Part shown: piece after piece, positions 1 through 10,552 of the stretch | Layout of the letters: the number at the start of each line of letters is the position of its first letter | Numbering within the stretch: position 1 is the stretch's first letter | DNA from: Chlorokybus atmophyticus | Taxonomy: Eukaryota > Plantae > Mesostigma and Chlorokybus algae | DNA: 64,000 nucleotides | NCBI GenBank assembly: GCA_009103225.1 | Contig: RHPI01000977.1 | Location: 1 to 64,000, forward strand | Reading direction: 5' to 3' | Made by a program: the position numbers and the translations under genes | Notes under the pieces: generated by a model | What the model was told of the DNA's origin: nothing | Seen by the model: only the letters and a program-made list of their open reading frames with translations | Database searches by the model: none

Positions 1-54
1 AATGGTGTTGCTGACGCGCTGAGCCGGCTTAATGCAATTGAGGCACTCGCTCAA

Positions 55-1538
55 GTGCAGCCCGAGTGGACCGACCAGATTCGGCTAGTGCTTTTTGAAG
101 ACACGGAGGGTATGAAAGTGTTGCAAGAGCTGGAAAATGTAGCTACGGACACAAGTGGGCACTGGTCAATGCGCGACGGGCTGCTGTGGCACCATGGGCG
201 CTTGTACATCCCCAACGTCGCGCATATCCGTGTGAAGTTGCTGAAGGAAGCTCATGACGTGCCCATTGCTGGTCACCAAGGGTTGGAAAGGACTTTGGCA
301 AGCTTAAAACAGCGTTTTTACTAGCGAGAGATGCATCGCGATGTGCGCGACTACGTGGCGTTGTGCGACGCATGCCAAAGGGTGAAGGCAAGCAACCAAA
401 AGCCAGGTGGGTTGCTGCAACCTCTCCCTGTGCCATTGTCCAAGTGGGAGCAAGTTACCATGGACTTTATCACGGGGCTACCAAAGACAAAAGAAGGGTA
501 CGACGCTATACTTGTGTTCGTCGATAAAACCAGCAAAATGGTACGCTTGGCACCGTGTAGTGAGTCTTGCACGGCACCGGAGGCAGCACGCTTGTTCGTG
601 AAGCATGTATTTCGTTCTTATGGATTACCACGAAGCATTGTGAGTGATCGCGACCCGTGCTTTACAAGTAAGTTTTGGGAGGCGCTGCATAGTGCACTGG
701 GTACCACACTGAAGTTTGCACGGCATTCCACCCGCAAACTGATGGGCAAACGGAGCGGGCCAACCGTGTGATCGAGGACATGCTGCGTTGCTACGTTAAC
801 GCGCGACGAGACAATTGGGAGGAGCTGCTTGAGTTGGTTGAGTTTGCGATCAACAGCCCCCACAATGCAAGCACAGGTGTCACTCCCTTCCTTATGAACT
901 ACGGGCAACATCCATTGACACCGTTGACGGCATGGACACCGCGACGACATGACGTGCGTGTGGAGGCAGCTAATGACTTCCTTACAAAGTGCGCGGACAT
1001 TAACAAGGCAGCTAGGGATGCGTTATTGGTGGCACAAAATCGGCAGAAGCAGTACGCGGACGCGCATCGCCGACACCTCACGTTTCAGGAAGGCGACATT
1101 GTGTTACTCTCCGCGAAGCACGTCCAGGTGCGTACGGGAGTTCGCAAGCTGAATGAACGCTGGTTGGGACCATTTAAGGTCAGCAAAGTTATCTCGGACG
1201 TGGCGTACAAGTTGGAGCTACCCGACACCATGCGTGTGCACCCCGTTTTTCACGTCTCCCTTCTGAAAGCATATCGAGGACAACCGTCAGAAAGGCCACC
1301 CCCCGAAGTTGGCACGAACGGAGAACCCGAGTGGGAGGTAGAAGACATCCTTGGTGAGAAGTTTGTGCATGGCGTACGCAAGTTCTTAGTGAAATTGAAG
1401 GGCTATCCGCTGCATGAAGCATCCTGGGAGCCAGAGGCACACTTGACTAATGCTCAAGACGTTGTGCGTGCCTATCTTGCTCGACGACACCCTCGCGAGC
1501 TTCGAGGACGAAGCTCACCTGGGGGGGGAGGAGTGTAA
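55..1538 (+). pseudogene. Disrupted pol: integrase plus chromodomain
   Basis: ORFs 55-324, 331-771 and 768-1538 are consecutive parts of one integrase, broken by an in-frame TAG (FY*, W expected) and a frameshift near 720-770. Confidence 0.92.
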
Positions 1539-2206
1539 CAGTCAAGGCCAAATTCTGTGATTTTCATGGCCGTTTTAGGCCTTATTTGTAAGGTACATGT
1601 TTTTAATGACTTGTGGCGGATATCGGCGAGTTATGAGTCTGCCGCGGATATCGACCGGGGCCCCAAGACCAGTCCGGAAGGTGCCAGAAAACGGAGGGCC
1701 AGTCGAGAAGGGCTCGACCAGATTTCTGGAAGGGCCTGGCGCCAAGTAGTATAACTTGACCATATGAGCAGCAAATTAGGAGATCTTTGGTGCGTTGGAA
1801 AGGTCTAGAAGTGTACTACAAGATTCTGCAAGAATATCTTAGCTTCTAGTTCCGTCTAGCGCTAGAATCGTCTAGACAGTAGCATGTGCAGACTGGTAGG
1901 TATAAAAGTGACATTCTACAATTTGCAATACAACCTTTAGCTCCCTAGTTTCTTGTGTGCAAGCTTGGTGGTGGTTAGCAGGGGTTGCTAGCGTGTGCCC
2001 ACCGGTGTGTGCTTGCTTGTGTGACGATCCAAGGCGCTACACAAGTCGGTGTGTAGCTTCGAGCGCATGCGCGTGCGTACGCGAGTGGCGGGGCGCGCGT
2101 GTGTGCTTGGCAGAGGGGGCAAGGTTCCGGTGTGAATACCGTGTCTTGGTGAGAGGGTTGTGGATTTGGACCAACTCACAGGTGACAAGGCACGAGCACC
2201 GTCACA
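1534..2206 (+). repeat. 3' LTR of the chromovirus
   Basis: Starts TGTAAC right after the PPT and ends GTCACA, where the RT sequence of a different, minus-strand element begins. TATAAAA lies near 1901. Confidence 0.85.
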
Positions 2207-4846
2207 CCCTCTGCTGTGGGCATGGGGTACCGGTCTTGCTTGGTCTTGTTGTTGAGGGGGCGATAGTCGCCACACATGCGTCGCTCTGTCCAGTTGCCTG
2301 CTGAATCCTTCTTAGTGGCATGACGGTTGCTGCTGCGAAGTCGATGACGTACCCCAGGGGTCTGGAGATCTGGTGGTGTTGAAGGAGGTGGATGATCCTC
2401 ATCAGCTCCCAACAGCCTGTAGCGAGGGTTTTCGAGGCCTTGCCCCTTGCCTGCCCTGGAGTGCCCTTGGCATTCCCATCCAGCTATTAACAGGTCGACG
2501 TTGCCGAGGGACAGTAGGTGATCTTCAGTGATCAGCCGGATGTCCTGTGGCAATGTTTTGAGGCTGCCTTGCAACGCCGAGAGGGGTAGTTGACGTGGAT
2601 ACCTGGCGTGCAGTTGGCGTAAGTGGTGCTTGAGGACCGTTTGCGCGTGTGGGTCGCAATAATAGTATTTGACAACCTTCACGCCTGTGTTGAGGACCGC
2701 AGCAAGACCGCTGCCAATGCCTCCAAACAACTCCAACATTGTGATGCCCTGTTGCCTGCGAAAGGTGTGGAACTCCACCACTCCGGTGGCCACCATATGG
2801 TGGTCCTGCACCTTGACGTGGCTTCGGTAGTTGGGGAAGCGCGTGGTGATCAGTGGATGGCTGAGCAAGATGTGTGCGTCCACCTGTGCGCGCCAGCGCC
2901 GTTCAGCTGGGTCTTGTAATGCTACTTCCACGGTGGCATCCTCCTGCTCCTCGTTGTACGGGATGGGAGAGGAGTCGCCGGTTCGACACGGGGCCGTGGC
3001 ACCAGCAGCGACTTGCGTCCGAGCGCCGTCGTATGTGGCCATTACAGCCTTCCGGGTGCGGGCGTGGCTTCGTGTGGCCATGGCAGCCATTTTGCGTTGG
3101 GCGCGCGTGCGCGAGACCAACTCGAGAGGCAGGAAACCCTGTACCTCTCCGTCATCCTCATCCCAATGTGGCCGAAACCACGCTCGCTTTGTCCAGCAGT
3201 CGAGGCCCATGCCCACAGGAAGGTTGAAGTCCTGCCCAAGCAAAAAGTCGAAGGAGCCGGCATTGGTGACCACACATTGCTGGACGATCTCGGTTGTGTG
3301 GGTCGGGTCCAGCCCTGTCAACCGAATGCAAAAGGCCTCCCTGGTGACTCCCATCACCTTATCTCGGCTACCTGTGGCAGTGTCCAACACGTGCGGGCAA
3401 GGCACCAAATCGGAGCTGGTTATGCCGAAGGATCGCGCGAGGAAGCGCCCGATGATGACAGGCTGTGCTCCGGTGTCCAACATTACTCGCTTGGGTGCCA
3501 GGCCGGTGATGGTAACGTGCTTGCCTTGGTTGGCCACCATGGCAGCATTGGCGTCGATACGCAGCCTCTTCATACGAGCTGTCTGCGCCTTTGCCTCAGT
3601 TGTCTCAGCTGGAGATGCTGAGCGCATGGCAGCCGGAGTTCCTCTGCCTGCTGTTCCGGAGAACCCCCTCCTTGCCCTCTTCCTCTGCCAAACCGACCTT
3701 GTCGTGGTGGTTGGTAGCCCCGGGGGGGCCTCGGTGCTGGAGGTTCCGGCGCTGGTTGTGGTGGCGGCGCAGGTGGATGCCGCCTCTGCGAAGATGGAAT
3801 CATGCGCGCGGGTGTACCCAATGGCTGTGGAGGAAACCCCGGCGGACCCGACGTTTGTGGGCCTGCCTCGCGTTCAGCTTGCTCCGCGGCGTACGTCCAG
3901 CGGACAGCATGAGCCGTTTCTCTGACCAACGTCCCTTCCCACGTGGCCGTGGGCTCGGTGTCCGTGTCGGTCCAATGATGATATTGAGGCATGGGCTGCT
4001 GGTATACGGCGCGTAGTAGCTGTCGCCGCATGTCGTGAGTGATGGTGGGGACTCGCAAGATCCCTGCCATATAGGCATCCCACCTTCCTTGTACCACTCC
4101 CACATCGAGCACGGTCATGGCGCGCGCGCGTAGGGTGCGCTGGAGGTCAGTCTGCTGTGCGTGTAGCTCATGAGCAATGGCGATGCGCCGCCGTTGCCGT
4201 GCGGCTTCCACCCCTGGCAGCTCGTGCGGCGCTGCCCTCTTGCATCCCCATCATCTGTCTTAACGTGTTGCCCTCAGGCCTGTGCAACATGACTGCTTGC
4301 CGGATGAGTGCGGTACGGAGTTGTTGCTCCCCCACCATACCAGCTCCTCCTCGTTGTGTGGTGTCCCCTTGCGGGGTGAGGTACCCTCGCCCTGCATCGC
4401 GTTGATCCTCGGGCATGTTTGCGACCAAAGGAGGCAGCAGCGGGGCGATTACCCCCCTCAATTGTTGCGCCAACGCCCTCGCTTGGTCTGCAACAGTTGC
4501 TTGCCTTGGTTGTTCGATGGCAACTGCCGTGGAGTACGTTGTGGTCAGCGCCGTGGAGGCGCTGGCAACTTTTGCCGGCGCTACGGTTGGTACGATAACG
4601 GCGTGTGCTGCTTCGTACGCATGTAGGCGCGCGTCCACTTGGGCAGCTTGGTCCATCCGATAACAATGGGCCTGTTCGAGGGCAGAGAAACGCTCTTGAC
4701 GACTGTCTGGAGTGAGCCCCCGGAGAGCGGGATCAGCGCCCAACGCAATGTCAGACATGGTCACCACGAGGTCTTGTATTTTGTGTCGCTGGAGGCCGAG
4801 TGGGTCCAGTGGCGAGGGCTCGAAGTCGATCTGTTGAGCGGGCATG
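2207..4846 (-). mobile_element. Truncated and internally deleted DNMT-carrying Ty3/gypsy element (copy 1)
   Basis: ORFs 4168-5079 and 3570-4211 are homologous to the gag-protease linker of copy 2. ORF 2176-3627 has protease VMLDTGAQ, MTase motif I LELFGGIGSG and motif IV LLIAGWECQG, then a deletion jumps to the RT start (RRMCGDYRPLN...RYPMPTAEG). Confidence 0.87.
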
Positions 4847-5078
4847 TGTAACAGCCTGGGGCATTTTTTGTATTTTATTGTACATAAAGTACTCTTTATG
4901 CCTTTTTTGCTGGCTTGATGAGGGCTTTTATGAGCTTTATTAAGCCCATGTGGCGCCTGCCCCTGCTGCCGCGCGCGACTCGCCTGCGACCTGCCTACGC
5001 GGTGTTCAGTGCAGTGGACGAGCCGATGCCGCTCGCCACCTTTGTGTACAGACTGTGTCGTAGTGCACACAGTTAACA
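4847..5078 (-). repeat. Short 3' LTR-like segment of copy 2
   Basis: On the minus strand it follows the purine tract CTTAGGGGGGTGGCT, starts TGTTAAC, contains AATAAA signals and ends CTGTTACA. It is homologous to 14590-15697. Confidence 0.65.
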
Positions 5079-5129
5079 AGCCACCCCCCTTAAGATTCTG
5101 GGGTAGCCCTCTGCTCCAGAAATCAGTTC

Positions 5130-5672
5130 CTACCGACTGTGTGAGGGACCGTTGATGCGGCAGTCATCGCACCAGTACTCCCACAAGGGTACTGCGTCCA
5201 GTGGAGGGTCAAGGCAGTAGCAGTGCATGCCTTGATTACAGCCGCCGCATAACATCATTAATGGGTCGTTGTCGGCACTGCCACACTTCTCGCATCGGGT
5301 GCTGCGCAACGGACGCGGGTGCTGGATCTTGGTGAAGCCAGCAATGTAGGGGAGATGACATGGCGCGCGGTTGACCATGTTGTCCTTCATGCGCTCGCCT
5401 CGTTGTCCCAACAGGTCCAGTACCCCTGTGGGGTGCACCTTTAATACCTTGTAGACAGCACGCCCGACGGAGGTATCGAGGGTGTCGTGTGTAGACGCCA
5501 TACGGTAGACGAAGTCTCCTGCCTCGAAGCGGTGCTCCCGCTCCTTGTAGAAACCACTGCGCACACGCTCGTAACGCAGCGCGTCGCGGTGCTGCGCGAT
5601 GCGCAGGTTGTTGAAGGCCATGGGGACTGTGTGTTCGAACAGCGCACTGCGCACTGTTAGATCATACAACAT
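5130..5672 (-). CDS. Integrase C-terminal region with a PHD finger (frameshifted from the main pol ORF)
   Basis: C4-H-C3 pattern CEKC...MMLCGGCNQGMHCYCLDPPLDAVPLWEYWCDDC, preceded by the integrase tail FEAGDFVY. Confidence 0.87.
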   Translation of the reverse strand: MLYDLTVRSALFEHTVPMAFNNLRIAQHRDALRYERVRSGFYKEREHRFEAGDFVYRMASTHDTLDTSVGRAVYKVLKVHPTGVLDLLGQRGERMKDNMVNRAPCHLPYIAGFTKIQHPRPLRSTRCEKCGSADNDPLMMLCGGCNQGMHCYCLDPPLDAVPLWEYWCDDCRINGPSHSR

Positions 5673-8600
5673 ATCGTCGGGGTTTTTCGAGATTGTCCAC
5701 CACTGTGTCGACCTCCTGCTGTGCGCGGAAAGGGAGCAATGGCTGCCTTTCGAACAGTAGATAGTATGGGCTGTACTCTCGCAGGGCTGCCTGCTTGGAC
5801 AGCCGGTAGCCCATTGCTACCCATGGGAGGTGATCATTCCAGGTATTCTTCTCGTAGGCGAGGACGTACTTGCGCAGTGCCTTCTTGATGGTCTGCACGG
5901 TACGCTCGGCGAGGCCGTCGGCCTGCGGGTGGTCGCGTGAGGTGCGACGGTGGTCGATGAAGCATCTGTCGATAAGCTTGTCGAAGGCTCCTCTGAACTC
6001 CGTACCCTGGTCGGTGATGACTTCAGCGCAGCTGCCGAAGCGTCCGAGTACATGGGAGAGGAAAGCCTGGGCTACTCCCTCACTGCTCTTGTCGGGCAGG
6101 GGCACCAGCTCCACCCACTTGGAAGAGAAGTGCTCGATCATGACGAGGATGTAGCGGTTGCCTCGCGCTGAGGGCGCTAGGTCTCCGAGGATGTCCAGTC
6201 CCCAGAGGTAGAACAACCCGGAAATGGGAAGGGGATGCAAGGTGGCATTGCGCGTGTTGAAGCTGGCGCGAACCATGTCACACTGCTGATAGTTGCTGAC
6301 GAACTCCCGCACCTGTCTGTGCACCCCATACCACCAGTACTGGGTCCTGACCAGGCTGACCGTGCGCTTCACACCGAAGTGCCCGAGCTCGGTGTGAAGG
6401 GAGGAGATGATGCCTTCACGTGCAGCTGGTGTGGGGACCTCCTGATCTGCATCTTGTATCCGTCGATACAGCCTGTCGTTGGCCCAGCCGTAACGCTGAG
6501 TGCGTTGCCGGACGCGGTCCTTCTCGCGTGCGCTCATGTCTGGAAATTGTCCAGTCTGAAGCAGTTGGAGGGATGGCTCGTCCAGCCGGATGTCTTGTCG
6601 TGTGTCGGTGGGTGCCAGCTCCTCATCATCCACCTCAGGGTCCGCAGTGATTGCTTCTTCTGATAAAGGATCGGTGGTGGTGATGGCGGGCTCAAGAGCG
6701 GGCATGTCCCCGTCTGCTGCTGCCTCAGCGATCTGAGTCCTGCGTCCTGAGCGTAGCGCAGCAACAGCGAACATGGTGGCCACACCTGAAGGTGCAGCTG
6801 TAGGACCCAACTCATGTCGGGCGCCTGTGGCGTCGTTGGTGCTGAGGTGGGGGTTACGGCTGAGGCCATCCGCATCCTGGTTGGCAAGGCCTGCGCGGTG
6901 TTCTACCTCGAATTCGTACTCCTGGAGCAGCAACGCCCATCGTGCTAACTTTCCTGTTAGGTGCTGGTTGTTCATTAACCACTTGAGGGGTTGATGGTCA
7001 ATGACCAGTTGAAACTGCCGTCCAAACAGGAAGGGTCGGAAGAAGGAGATGGCCCACACTGCGGCGAGACACTCCCCTTCGTAGCTGCTGTAGTTGGCCT
7101 CAGCACTGTTGTTGCTGCGGCTGGCGTATGACACTACGCGCTCCTTCTTGTAGTTGTCGTGCTGTACGAGCACGGCCCCCATGCCGAGCTTGCTCCAGTC
7201 TGTGTGCAGGATGAACAATCTGGTGTAGTCAGGGCGTTGCAGAATGGGAGCTGTGGTGAGGCGGAGCTTCAGCTCCTGAAAGGCCTCCTGTTGTGCCTCC
7301 TTCCACAAGAACTCGGTGTCCTTCTTCAGCAGTTCGTTGAGAGGCCTTGCGATCTTGGCAAAGTCCTTGACAAACCGGCGGTAATAGTTGGCAAGGCCGA
7401 GGAAGGCCCGCAGCCGCGTGAGGTCTGTGGGGGCAGGAATAGCCACCAGTGCCTCCACTTTGGCCTGCTGTACGTGCACACCATGGGGCACAATCATGTG
7501 TCCTAGGTAGGGTACCTTGTGGGTGAAGAAGGTGCACTTGTCAGGGTGCACCGTCATGCCAACTTCCTTCAGCCTCTGTAGCACCTCTTCGATATGCTGG
7601 AGATGCTCCTCATTGCTGTGACTGAAGATGAGGATGTCGTCAATGTAGCAGCGTGCGAAGTCCAACCCCTTGAGGGCTTTGTCCATGACGCGCTGGAACT
7701 TGGCCGGAGCGTTCTTCAGTCCGAAGGGCATAACCTTCCACTGGTACAGCTGCCGGTTTCCCCAGAAGGAAGTCTTGTGCTTGTCCTCCTCCTTGATGGC
7801 GATCTGGTTGTACCCTTGGCGCATATCCAGGATACTAAAGACCGTGCAGTCTCCTACATCGTCAAAGATGCCTTCTGCGGTAGGCATTGGATACCTGTCC
7901 TGCTTGGTCTTGTTGTTGAGGGGGCGATAGTCGCCACACATGCGCCGGTCTGTCCAGTTGCCCGCTGAATCTTTCTTCAGGGGCATGACGGTCGCGGCCG
8001 CAAAGTCCAATGTGGACTCCTCGATCAGGCCTGCATCTAGCAGCGCCTTGCACCTCTGTTCCACCAAGTCTTCTTCTAGCTTGGAGAGGCGGTACTGTCT
8101 TCTGAATACCGGTTCGATGTCCACTAGTTCAATGTCCATCTGGTATGCTGAGCAGATGCCCAGCTCCTTCACACTGAAACTGAATTGGCTCCTCCACTTG
8201 TTGAGGAGAGCCTCGAGTTGCTCTCGAGTCTGGCCTGTGGCCAGCGGGCCAATGGCGTGGGACCACGAGGTAGCGTTGGCGACCACTGGAATGTCTTCCA
8301 CAGCGACTGCTGCCTGCTCCTCCATGTGGGCGGTCTCGAGGGCGGTGTGTGCTGCTTTGGTCTCTGAAAAGCGAGCAATCCACCCCCCAGCCAGGTGTTC
8401 GAGCTCCAGGAAGGACACATGGCGGTTCTGGAGAGCAAAGCACATTTCCAAGTACCACACCATGCTGTTTTGATCCATGGCGCGCCCTAACAACTGACAC
8501 TGTTGACTGGTTGTCAGCGTGGAGCCTGTGATGCTGCCTGGGAAGAATCCCATAGCACGCTCGCGCTCACGGGCATTGGGTTCTTCCAGCTGTCCAGTGT

Positions 8601-8829
8601 TTGAGTCTAACACCATGCCGTCGCCTCCATTGCGGAACGCGTAGGAGCCTGGATACAAGCGTGGGTAGTGCGCGGCGCGGCTGACCAGGCTGGTTGCACT
8701 GGTAGAAGTGGTGGCAGTCAAGGCGTGTGACCGGTCGCGCTGTGCGTCCAGGGTCCAGGATGTCATCGACGACGAGATTTCGTGGCCAATCGCTGTATAG
8801 GTATTCTGCCAGAAACAGGTCCTCCACAA
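5662..8829 (-). CDS. pol: MTase C-terminus, reverse transcriptase, RNase H, integrase
   Basis: ERERAMGF and LLGRAMD (MTase IX/X-like); RT motifs MPFGLKNAP and CYIDDILIFS; RNase H motifs LHTDWS, YEGECLA and DADGLSR; integrase motifs H-H-C and DQGTEF. Confidence 0.95.
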   Translation of the reverse strand: MWRTCFWQNTYTAIGHEISSSMTSWTLDAQRDRSHALTATTSTSATSLVSRAAHYPRLYPGSYAFRNGGDGMVLDSNTGQLEEPNARERERAMGFFPGSITGSTLTTSQQCQLLGRAMDQNSMVWYLEMCFALQNRHVSFLELEHLAGGWIARFSETKAAHTALETAHMEEQAAVAVEDIPVVANATSWSHAIGPLATGQTREQLEALLNKWRSQFSFSVKELGICSAYQMDIELVDIEPVFRRQYRLSKLEEDLVEQRCKALLDAGLIEESTLDFAAATVMPLKKDSAGNWTDRRMCGDYRPLNNKTKQDRYPMPTAEGIFDDVGDCTVFSILDMRQGYNQIAIKEEDKHKTSFWGNRQLYQWKVMPFGLKNAPAKFQRVMDKALKGLDFARCYIDDILIFSHSNEEHLQHIEEVLQRLKEVGMTVHPDKCTFFTHKVPYLGHMIVPHGVHVQQAKVEALVAIPAPTDLTRLRAFLGLANYYRRFVKDFAKIARPLNELLKKDTEFLWKEAQQEAFQELKLRLTTAPILQRPDYTRLFILHTDWSKLGMGAVLVQHDNYKKERVVSYASRSNNSAEANYSSYEGECLAAVWAISFFRPFLFGRQFQLVIDHQPLKWLMNNQHLTGKLARWALLLQEYEFEVEHRAGLANQDADGLSRNPHLSTNDATGARHELGPTAAPSGVATMFAVAALRSGRRTQIAEAAADGDMPALEPAITTTDPLSEEAITADPEVDDEELAPTDTRQDIRLDEPSLQLLQTGQFPDMSAREKDRVRQRTQRYGWANDRLYRRIQDADQEVPTPAAREGIISSLHTELGHFGVKRTVSLVRTQYWWYGVHRQVREFVSNYQQCDMVRASFNTRNATLHPLPISGLFYLWGLDILGDLAPSARGNRYILVMIEHFSSKWVELVPLPDKSSEGVAQAFLSHVLGRFGSCAEVITDQGTEFRGAFDKLIDRCFIDHRRTSRDHPQADGLAERTVQTIKKALRKYVLAYEKNTWNDHLPWVAMGYRLSKQAALREYSPYYLLFERQPLLPFRAQQEVDTVVDNLEKPRRYVV

Positions 8830-9390
8830 TGGCCAGGTTGGTCCATTGGGCGCGGACGCGGTGTGCGCGAGATCTATGACGCGCGGCGTTAATTTTCAAA
8901 GGATGCCCCAGCAAGGAGCATACTTGTCGATAGGCCTTGGCGACGTGATGCCGCTTGTCATCCTCGGAGTGCACATTCTCGATGATGTACCCCAAGGGCC
9001 TAGCGATCTGACTGGTCTGCACGAGTTTAATGACTCTCATTAGCTCTCAGAACAGCTGTGAGCAAGGATCAGAGAGCCCTTGGCCTTTGCCTGCCCTGGA
9101 GTGCCCTTGACACTCCCATCCTGCTATCAGCAGGTCAATGTTGCCGACTGCCTGCAGGTGATCCTTGGTAATCTAGCGGATGTCCTGCGGCAGAGCCTTT
9201 TGGCTCCCTTGCAGTGCCGACAGTGGTAGCTGCTGCGGGTAGCGCTGGTGCAGCTGTCGTAAATGATGGCTCAGAGCCTCCTGTGCATGAGGGTCAGGGT
9301 CACAGTAGAGGTACTTGGTGACTGTTGTTCCTGTGTTGAGGACAGCCGCAAGCCCACTGCCTATGCCTCCAAACAGCTCCAGCACGGTGA
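8440..9390 (-). pseudogene. DNMT3-like C5 cytosine methyltransferase domain inside pol
   Basis: Motif I VLELFGGIGSG (~9353-9385), IV DLLIAGWECQG (~9100-9135), VI YIIENV, VIII AHRVRAQWTNL, then IX/X-like motifs. It is split over ORFs 9173-9973, 8567-9040 and 5662-8829 by stops and frameshifts. Confidence 0.85.
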
Positions 9391-10145
9391 TGCCTTGTTG
9401 TCGGCGGAACATGTGGAACTCCACAACTCCAGTAGCTATGTGGTACTGCTCCTGCACTGTAGCCTGGTCTTTGTAGACAGGGAAGTGTGCAGTGAGCTGA
9501 GGCCTGGTCAGTAGCATGTGTGCTGCTACTTGTGCGCTCCAGCGACGCTCGGACGGCTCCTGAAAAGCCACCTCTTTGGTGACAGTCTCTTGAGACTCAT
9601 CGTACGGTGTAGGAGAGTCCTCTTCAGCGTTTGGGCTCGGGCTCGAGCTCGTTGCAGTTGTCCTCGGTTGATTTCGGGCACGAGGCACACATGAGCTTCT
9701 TGTAGGACTGTAGGTGGCTGCTTCGGCCGACCTTCGTTGCGAGCGGGCCTTGGCCACCAGTTTGAGAGGTAGGAATCCCTGCTCCTCTCCATCATCCTCG
9801 TCCCAATGCGGTCGAAACCATGCCTGCTCAGTCCAGCAGTCCATCCCCATGCCGACAGGGAAGTTGCAGTCCTGTCCCAGCAGTAGGTCAAAGGACCCGG
9901 CATCGGTGACCACACACCTTTGTACAATCTCGGTGCTGTGGGAAGGTTTTAATCCAGTGAGGCGGATGCTCACAGCCTGCTTGGTAAGCCGAGCCCCTTG
10001 TCGCGGTTGCCGGTTGCGGTGTCCAGCTGGTAGGGACAGGGAAGCAGCTCAGCGCTGGTGATGCCGAGATCTCGTGCGAGGTAGCGCCCAATGATGACAG
10101 GCTGTGCTCCAGTTTTCAGCATCACGCGTTTGGGTGCCCGCCCAT

Positions 10146-10547
10146 TGTTGAAGATATTCCTACATCCGGTCAGCCTGCCCTGCATACAAGAGAGAAGAGA
10201 AGGGACCTCGATGGGAGGACCTCGAAGACTCCGGACATAAAGGTCCTGGCGCGGACTGCAGAGAAGGGTCCTAGGAGAATCGTCATATCTCCTAGAGTAC
10301 TCAGTCATTTGGGACGTGGCATAGCTTGTTGGAAAGCTTATCAAGTCAGCTACGTGTCACATCTTACAGCGTAGGATTCGGTTCAGTAGATCGGACGCTG
10401 TTGCGTGTAGACCAGCAGTGTGTACAAACTGTGTACTGACTGGCGGGTATATAACCCCGCGGTTTGTTGGTAATAAATCGGGAAGTGTGTTGCCTTCTCC
10501 TGTGTGTCATTGCTTGCCCTCTTCACTTGCATGCTTGCTTCTCAACA
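10146..10547 (+). mobile_element. Solo LTR inserted just upstream of the protease active site of copy 2
   Basis: Ends are TGTTGA...TCAACA with a perfect 5-bp TSD CCCAT (10141-10145 and 10548-10552). Removing it restores GKHVTVNGRAPKRVML. TATATAA (~10450) and AATAAA (~10471) are on the + strand. Confidence 0.92.
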
Positions 10548-10552
10548 CCCAT

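Larger units (their letters stand above)
1..2206 (+). mobile_element. 3' part of a Ty3/gypsy chromovirus (end of RNase H, integrase, chromodomain, PPT, 3' LTR)
   Basis: Starts with the RNase H end NGVADALSR. Integrase H2C2 finger (HDVPIAGH...CDAC) and core (MDFITGLP, SDRD) follow, then the chromodomain WEVEDIL...LVKLKGY...SWEP. PPT GGGGGGGGAGGAG at 1521-1533 precedes the LTR. Confidence 0.95.

Noticed and set aside
2831-3925. 364-aa plus-strand ORF
   Set aside because: Antisense shadow of the minus-strand protease/MTase region; no independent motifs.
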